Below, piece after piece: positions 58,284 through 64,000 of a stretch of 64,000 nt of DNA. The translations under genes and the position numbers were made by a program. The notes beneath the pieces are model-generated. The model was not told the DNA's origin. It made no database searches and saw only the letters and a program-made list of their open reading frames with translations. The stretch's first letter is position 1, and the number at the start of each line of letters is the position of its first letter. The stretch lies in sequence record SRR2962707_2549; one strand, 5' to 3'.

Positions 58284-59165
58284 CTATAGCGATATGCCAT
58301 ATTTGCCAGATGCGGTCGAAAGACGGGTGTGTACTTCATCAAAGAACTCATCCTTTGGCGATAGGCTCGGTCTCACAATGCCGATTTTACGGAACAGCTG
58401 AGGTTCACCAAATGGCACAGTGACAAGCTCGGCCTTCTCATTGCGCTGAGCGATTTCAGGAACGATGCCAACACCGAGTCCAGATGCCACGCACTCGACA
58501 ATCGTCGAGATCGTATCAATTTCAGCGGTGTCTTGCGGCACGATGTTTAGGCGCGAAAGTTCCGTGTCAATCATATTGGCAAGCGGAACATTCGCACAAA
58601 AGCGGACAAATGGATAAGTTTCTAGCATTTCACGCGCTGGCATTACGGGTGTTCCAGGTGGGGCAATGACCACAAGTGGCTCGCGAATAAATGGTGTCCA
58701 TTTCAAAGATTTTGGTATGCCGAGGTGTTCGGCCACAATCGCAATATCAAGCCTGCTTGCTAGAACATCGCTAATCAGCGAGTTCGACATGCCGACACGA
58801 AGCTTGATTAAGAGTTCGGGATAGGTCTCGCGCAGAGAAATAATTGCGAGTGGCAAGAGGCCAATCGTGCTCGTGCGCACAGAACCAATGGTCAGTGTGC
58901 CGGTGGATCTTTTCCCTTCAATGACGCTTTGCGTGTCATGAACCATACGCAAAATTTTGCGCGCCGATTCCAAAAGCTGAAGCCCTTGTAAAGTAAGCGA
59001 AGGAGGGCGTGTTTCACGATTGAAAAGCGGCGCTCCAACTTCCGTTTCCAAGGCCAGAATCTGTTGGCTGACCGCGGACGGCGTAATGTGAACCACTTCG
59101 GCTGCTCGCGCGAAGGTTCCGTGTTCGGCAATAGCCACCAATGTCTTTAGCTGACGTGTATCCAT
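58284..59165 (-). CDS. LysR family regulator
   Basis: FARAA....TPSAVSQQI..LE. Confidence 0.94.
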   Translation of the reverse strand: MDTRQLKTLVAIAEHGTFARAAEVVHITPSAVSQQILALETEVGAPLFNRETRPPSLTLQGLQLLESARKILRMVHDTQSVIEGKRSTGTLTIGSVRTSTIGLLPLAIISLRETYPELLIKLRVGMSNSLISDVLASRLDIAIVAEHLGIPKSLKWTPFIREPLVVIAPPGTPVMPAREMLETYPFVRFCANVPLANMIDTELSRLNIVPQDTAEIDTISTIVECVASGLGVGIVPEIAQRNEKAELVTVPFGEPQLFRKIGIVRPSLSPKDEFFDEVHTRLSTASGKYGISL

Positions 59166-59299
59166 AATTAATCCAGTTTATCTTCATCTTAAGATCAAAT
59201 TTATTCTCTTTTCTGAAGCAACGCTATGGGTAATATATGTTTTTGCAAGGGATGCAATCCCGACACGTGCCTAAACCATTGGGAGGAGAATTGGCAATT

Positions 59300-60295
59300 A
59301 TGCGAAAGATTTTAGTAAGTGGGCCGGAAATCGCGTCCGCTGCAATCCGTATTGCAGAAAAATCAGGCTATGAACTCGTCTTTGCGCCAGCCTATTCAAA
59401 TTCCGATGCTTTGGTGGAGTTGATGCGCGAACATGACCCAGTTGGCGTGGTTTCACGCGCAGGCAATTTTGGGGCAGGGCCAATCAGTGCGGGGCGTTCA
59501 CTGCGTATTATTTCTAAGCACGGCGCTGGCGTCGATAACATCGATGTTGAATGCGCAACGCAGCATCAGATCCAAGTAATCCGAGCGACTGGCGCAAATG
59601 CTGTCTCGGTGGCTGAACATGCCGTTGCCCTTGCCATGGCCTCAGTGAAGCGCTTGCGCACACTTGATGGCACCTTGCGCCAAGGTAAATGGGAAAAGAT
59701 GGCCTTTGTTGGGCGTGAATTAGCCGGCATGCGCGTTGGTCTCGTGGGCGCTGGCGCAATTGCGCAAGTGGCAGCGCGGCTTTTCCGCGGACTTGGACTT
59801 GAAGTCGCCGCCTATGATCCATTTGCTAATCAATCTGTTTTTACCCAGATGGGCGCTGAACACTTCGCTGATTTAGACAAAATGCTGCACACGGTAGATA
59901 TCGTTAGCCTGCATTGCCCGCTAGTGCCTGAGACCCACCATTTGATGAATGAGCGGACAATCGCGCTGCTGCCAAAGGGGAGCTATATTATCAATGCTGC
60001 GCGGGGCGGGCTTGTTGATGAGCGTGCCCTTCTTGATGCTTTGGCAACGGGGCAGATTGCGGGCGCTGGCCTTGACACTTTAGAGGTTGAGCCACCTGAA
60101 GGCGATAATCCACTCTTTGATGTGCCCGAACTAATCGTGACGCCGCATGTCGGCGCTTCGACCGCTGAAGCAATGATGCGCGTGGCCGCTGAGGCTATGA
60201 ACGGCATCATAGATTTCATCGAAGGGCGCGAAATTCCTTCCAGCCGACTTGTGAATAAAATTGACAGCGAAATCGCTGCGAACCCTACTGCATAA
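59300..60295 (+). CDS. D-2-hydroxyacid dehydrogenase (SerA-like)
   Basis: HGAGVDNID, GAGAIA, NAARG and TPHVG. Confidence 0.9.
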   Translation: MRKILVSGPEIASAAIRIAEKSGYELVFAPAYSNSDALVELMREHDPVGVVSRAGNFGAGPISAGRSLRIISKHGAGVDNIDVECATQHQIQVIRATGANAVSVAEHAVALAMASVKRLRTLDGTLRQGKWEKMAFVGRELAGMRVGLVGAGAIAQVAARLFRGLGLEVAAYDPFANQSVFTQMGAEHFADLDKMLHTVDIVSLHCPLVPETHHLMNERTIALLPKGSYIINAARGGLVDERALLDALATGQIAGAGLDTLEVEPPEGDNPLFDVPELIVTPHVGASTAEAMMRVAAEAMNGIIDFIEGREIPSSRLVNKIDSEIAANPTA

Positions 60296-60310
60296 TTAGA
60301 GGATATACCT

Positions 60311-60991
60311 ATGACGATCGGAAACCGCATATTAAGTGCTAAACGCAAAGCCAGCAAAGAAATGGTTGATGCGTTCAAGCAATTGCCCGTAGCCAATGTC
60401 AGCGATTGTATGTCGCGTATGTCTGCTGCCGGTCCACAAATTAGACCGATGCATACGAGCGGAGTGCTCGCCGGTCCAGCATTGACTGTCGTAACGCGCC
60501 CAGGCGACAATCTTTTTATCCATAAGGCCATAGATATGGCTGAACCCGGCGATGTGATCGTTGTCGATGGTGCTGGCGATTTGACAAATTCTCTCATGGG
60601 CGAGCTGATGCTTGCCTATGCAATAAAACGCGGGGTTGCTGGCTTTGTGTTGAACGGCGCAATCCGCGATATTGATGAATTTCGTTCTATGAATCTGCCT
60701 GTTTATGCCGCCGGCGTAACGCATCGCGGTCCATACAAAGTTGGCCCTGGCGAAATTAATGTTACGATTGCGATAGATGGAATGACGATCGAGCCCGGTG
60801 ACTTAATTCTTGGTGACAACGATGGCGTATTGTCTGTGCCATATGACGAAATGGAAACAGTGCTTGCAGCTACGCAGAAAAAAAGCGAAGCAGAGAAAAA
60901 GCAAATGGGTGATATTCTTAATGGCACAGTTGATCGCAGCTGGATCGATATTAAATTGCGTGAAACTGGGTGCATTTTCCCAAGCAACTAG
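60311..60991 (+). CDS. RraA/HMG-aldolase family protein
   Basis: SD, GDNL, GELM, GAIRD and PGD....D.DG. Confidence 0.88.
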   Translation: MTIGNRILSAKRKASKEMVDAFKQLPVANVSDCMSRMSAAGPQIRPMHTSGVLAGPALTVVTRPGDNLFIHKAIDMAEPGDVIVVDGAGDLTNSLMGELMLAYAIKRGVAGFVLNGAIRDIDEFRSMNLPVYAAGVTHRGPYKVGPGEINVTIAIDGMTIEPGDLILGDNDGVLSVPYDEMETVLAATQKKSEAEKKQMGDILNGTVDRSWIDIKLRETGCIFPSN

Positions 60992-61003
60992 CGCAATGAT
61001 TAA

Positions 61004-62203
61004 ATGTTAGCAGCACTCCGAGACCGCAAACTTCAAGGCTATCTCGCTGGAAATCTGCTCTCAATCGTTGGAACATGGGCGCAGCGTGTCGTCGTTTTCT
61101 GGATCGCTTGGGAGATGACCGGCTCCACTGCGGTGCTCGGCGTGTTGGCAGCGCTGGACATGGCGCCCGCTGTTCTGGCAGCGCCGATAGCTGGAGCGCT
61201 CGCAGATCGCCAGCCTGCACGAAAGCTAACGATTGTTGTGCAACTATTTTCGATGTTGCCGCCGATTATTTTGGCCGGATTCGCAATCGTTGACCAAATT
61301 AGTCTGCCTCTTCTGATGGTGCTGACACTGTGTACCGGTTTGCTCAGTGGCTTTGATCATCCGCTGAGATTGCTACTTGTCGGCAGCATTACAGGGCAGG
61401 CGCAGGTATCTAACGCCGTTGCCTTAAATTCCACCGTATTTAATATTGGTCGTATGATTGGTCCGGCCTTTGGTGGTTGGATGATATCGCAGGGGCATAC
61501 CGCTATCGTTTTTGGTTTAAACGCTGCGACCTTTCTCGCCTTCGCTATTTTGCTTTCGCTGCCCGGAATGTTTCGCGAAGATGCGATGCCAAAATCAAAT
61601 GGTAACAAATTTAGTCTTGGAAGCTGGGTTAGCGTCTTCAAACAAATGGAACCGTTAGATCGACGGTTGTTTCTATATTTCGCTTCAATCGGACTCATGA
61701 TGAGACCTGTATTTGAGTTGCTGCCTTCACAGGCGGCGCGGTTCACTTCAGAGGTTTTTAGCGAAGCTCAGGCCTATTCCTTGCTCACCTCGACACAAGG
61801 TTTCGGCGCATTGCTTAGTGCCATCCTGACTTCAATATTGCTCAGCAGGATCAATGGTAAGTTCATCGCCGTCTATGCAGGTCTTGGTGCTACTTTAGCA
61901 ATTCTGGCCTTCCTATTTAGTACGCCGCTTAGCGTCGCTTTAGTGGCACTTGCTACCCTGTCGGGAGCCGTATTGATGAACGGTATTTCAACGCAAGTGA
62001 TGTTGCAGACGCGCTTGCCGCGTGAGGTGCGGGGGCGGGCACTTGCTATCTATACAATGACGCTTCGTGGAGCGCCGGCGCTTGGTGCATTTCTAGCCGG
62101 TGTTCTGGGCGGATATGTATCCCAAGTGACTTTGTTTAGTGCAGCTGCAGTCCTCATGTTCGTCTGGGGTGTTAGCTTTTTGCGAAATCAGGCGCGCGCT
62201 TGA
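61004..62203 (+). CDS. MFS transporter
   Basis: About 12 TM segments; GTWAQRV, GALADR and RGRA. Confidence 0.88.
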   Translation: MLAALRDRKLQGYLAGNLLSIVGTWAQRVVVFWIAWEMTGSTAVLGVLAALDMAPAVLAAPIAGALADRQPARKLTIVVQLFSMLPPIILAGFAIVDQISLPLLMVLTLCTGLLSGFDHPLRLLLVGSITGQAQVSNAVALNSTVFNIGRMIGPAFGGWMISQGHTAIVFGLNAATFLAFAILLSLPGMFREDAMPKSNGNKFSLGSWVSVFKQMEPLDRRLFLYFASIGLMMRPVFELLPSQAARFTSEVFSEAQAYSLLTSTQGFGALLSAILTSILLSRINGKFIAVYAGLGATLAILAFLFSTPLSVALVALATLSGAVLMNGISTQVMLQTRLPREVRGRALAIYTMTLRGAPALGAFLAGVLGGYVSQVTLFSAAAVLMFVWGVSFLRNQARA

Positions 62204-62292
62204 TTAAGAAAAACTTGATGTAATCGAAATTATTTATCGCTTTTAGTTAGTCTGACTTTTTGTATATTAATTTCTCAACGGGAGGAAACATA

Positions 62293-63243
62293 ATGAAAAT
62301 TCTTAAAGCAACACTACTCGCTGGCTCAATGAGCCTAATCGCAACGTCCGCATTTGCGGAATTCCCAGAACGTGACATCGAACTACTAGTCGGCTTTTCA
62401 GCCGGTGGTGGTACTGATGTAATGGCGCGTACACTGGAACCGTTCTTAGAGAAGTATCTCGGAGACGGCACAAATATCGTTATCAAAAATATTCCAGGTG
62501 CAAGTGGCCAGATTGCCGTGACGCAGGTGGCGCAGTCAGAAGCCGATGGCTACACAATCGGCACTTACAACTTGCCGGGCGTGATGGCGCGTACATTAGA
62601 CCGTAAAGCTGACTATACAGCTGATAGCTTCACCTACCTTGCCAATGTTGTTGATGATCCAAATGTGATCGTAACACCGCAAACCAGCTCTATTTCAAGC
62701 ATGTCTGAGTTGATTGAAAAAGCCAAAGCTGACCCAGGTTCAATCACAATGGGTATTTCAGGCTTGGGCGGCGATGACCATTTCATGTTCATTGCACTTC
62801 AAGAAGCAACTGGCGCAGAATTCACACTTGTGCCCTTCGGTAGCTCAGCACCGACACGCACAGCTCTTATGGGCGGCCATGTTGCAGCAGGTATCCTAAA
62901 CGTATCTGAGGTTGCTGGTTTTGAAGAATCTGTTCGCGTGCTTGGCGTCGCCTCTGAAGAACCTTCAGAATATGCGCCTGACGTTCCAACATTGAAATCC
63001 CAAGGCATAGACATAACCAATGGTTCTATGCGCGGGTTTGTTGCTCCAGCGAACCTACCGGATGATGTTCGCGAGAAGCTGCTCAACGCATTTAGTAAAA
63101 CTTTTGAAGATCCAGAATTTCAAAAAGCGATGCGTGCTACATCCAATCCAACAAGGCTTTCTCTTGGTGAGGATTTCCGAGTGCTCAATAATTCTCAACT
63201 TACTTTCGCTAAGAAGGTTTGGGAAACTTCTCCCTGGAAATAA
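62293..63243 (+). CDS. tctC: TTT substrate-binding protein
   Basis: GFSAGGGTD..AR and NIPGASG; GGAGG SD. Confidence 0.88.
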   Translation: MKILKATLLAGSMSLIATSAFAEFPERDIELLVGFSAGGGTDVMARTLEPFLEKYLGDGTNIVIKNIPGASGQIAVTQVAQSEADGYTIGTYNLPGVMARTLDRKADYTADSFTYLANVVDDPNVIVTPQTSSISSMSELIEKAKADPGSITMGISGLGGDDHFMFIALQEATGAEFTLVPFGSSAPTRTALMGGHVAAGILNVSEVAGFEESVRVLGVASEEPSEYAPDVPTLKSQGIDITNGSMRGFVAPANLPDDVREKLLNAFSKTFEDPEFQKAMRATSNPTRLSLGEDFRVLNNSQLTFAKKVWETSPWK

Positions 63244-63326
63244 AATTATGCCTACCGTCCTTTGGGGCGGTAGGCCAAAATTCCCAAAAATATCACTAGA
63301 TAATTCGCTGTATCTTGGGGGGTCCA

Positions 63327-63785
63327 ATGGATACCAAAGGTCTTAGTACTCGGTTGTGGGCAGAAGTCGCCTTCGCCGGTTTCATCATTGTTGCAAGCGC
63401 TTTGCTGTTGTTTTCGGCGTTGGATTTGCCGACGATGTCGGCGCTTTTGCCCGTTGCGATGCTCGGTTGTCTAATTGCTCTGGGTGTTGCGCTCATTTTC
63501 GTTCAGTTCATGCGCAGACAAAGCGTTGCAGATAAGGATCTGAAAGTTGGTGATCCGGCGCGCGCTTTAGGAGCATTTAGCGCTATCATTATCTACACAT
63601 TAGCCGTTCAATATATCGGCTTTTATATCTCTACAATCATAATGGTACCCACGGTCGCTTGGTTGTTCGGCTTTCGCAATATTCGCGGATTGGCTCTCGC
63701 CACTGTCATTTTCGTTGGCGGTACCTTCCTTATTTTTTCGATGCTGATGGGACAGCGCTTCCCTGAAGAAATCTTTTTACGCTGA
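63327..63785 (+). CDS. tctB: TTT small permease
   Basis: Four TM segments, IGFYIST, between tctC and tctA. Confidence 0.82.
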   Translation: MDTKGLSTRLWAEVAFAGFIIVASALLLFSALDLPTMSALLPVAMLGCLIALGVALIFVQFMRRQSVADKDLKVGDPARALGAFSAIIIYTLAVQYIGFYISTIIMVPTVAWLFGFRNIRGLALATVIFVGGTFLIFSMLMGQRFPEEIFLR

Positions 63786-63797
63786 AGAGAAAAGCTT

Positions 63798-64000
63798 ATG
63801 TATAGTAACTTACTCGACGCACTGCCTGAGGTTCTCACCCTTGCGAATTTTGCCGCTGTCGTGATCGGCGTGCTTTCGGGCATCATTGTGGGCGCGCTTC
63901 CAGGTTTGAGCGCTACCATGGCTATATCAGTTCTCATTCCTTTCACTTATGCGTTTGAACCGCTTGTCGCGCTTGGCCTCATGGCAGGCATCTATAATGG
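63798..64000 (+). CDS. tctA: TTT large permease (5' part, truncated by the window edge)
   Basis: Manually translated: MYSNLLDALPEVLTLANFAAVVIGVLSGIIVGALPGLSATMAISVLIPFTY... Confidence 0.85.
   Translation, partial: MYSNLLDALPEVLTLANFAAVVIGVLSGIIVGALPGLSATMAISVLIPFTYAFEPLVALGLMAGIYN

Noticed and set aside
59983-60597. 204-aa antisense ORF (and other long antisense ORFs such as 39740-40336 and 35814-36347)
   Set aside because: Shadow frames of conserved genes with no protein motifs.

Overview
Alphaproteobacterial (probably Rhizobiales-like, inferred from PhyR/NepR/EcfG and RirA-type boxes) accessory-rich chromosomal window. The most interesting part is the first 11.3 kb. Two unannotated paralogous 31- and 37-aa peptide genes (6-101 and 258-371, minus strand) carry lasso-type leaders (MKKTY.K..ATKREKLEKITA) and variable Ser-containing cores. 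They sit next to a lasso-type B1/RRE, a B2 leader peptidase, an HPr-kinase-like kinase and a nucleotidyltransferase, with no lasso cyclase in the window. Interleaved are two adenylate-forming ligases, a GNAT, a free carrier protein, a carrier protein-thioesterase didomain with a Cys nucleophile (GICIG) and a TctC plus fused TctA-TctB transporter. This looks like an uncharacterised RiPP/acyl-carrier hybrid biosynthetic system that may extend beyond the left window edge. The rest holds: a sulfonate/nitrate-type ABC transporter with a DsrE-like gene; MYG1; a diguanylate cyclase; a TTT/citryl-CoA-lyase/CoA-transferase/IclR unit; the general stress response locus (csbD, HWE kinases, DUF1328, phyR, nepR, ecfG, dps, DUF883; five EcfG-type promoters), split by an ~18.5 kb sugar block that includes a probable L-galactose/L-galactonate oxidative pathway; a heme uptake locus (receptor, hmuPSTUV, exbB-exbD-exbD-tonB) with two IRO boxes; and a LysR/hydroxyacid dehydrogenase/RraA/MFS/TTT unit. 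No rRNA, tRNA, CRISPR array or mobile element was recognised. All family calls come from motif reading only; no searches were run.
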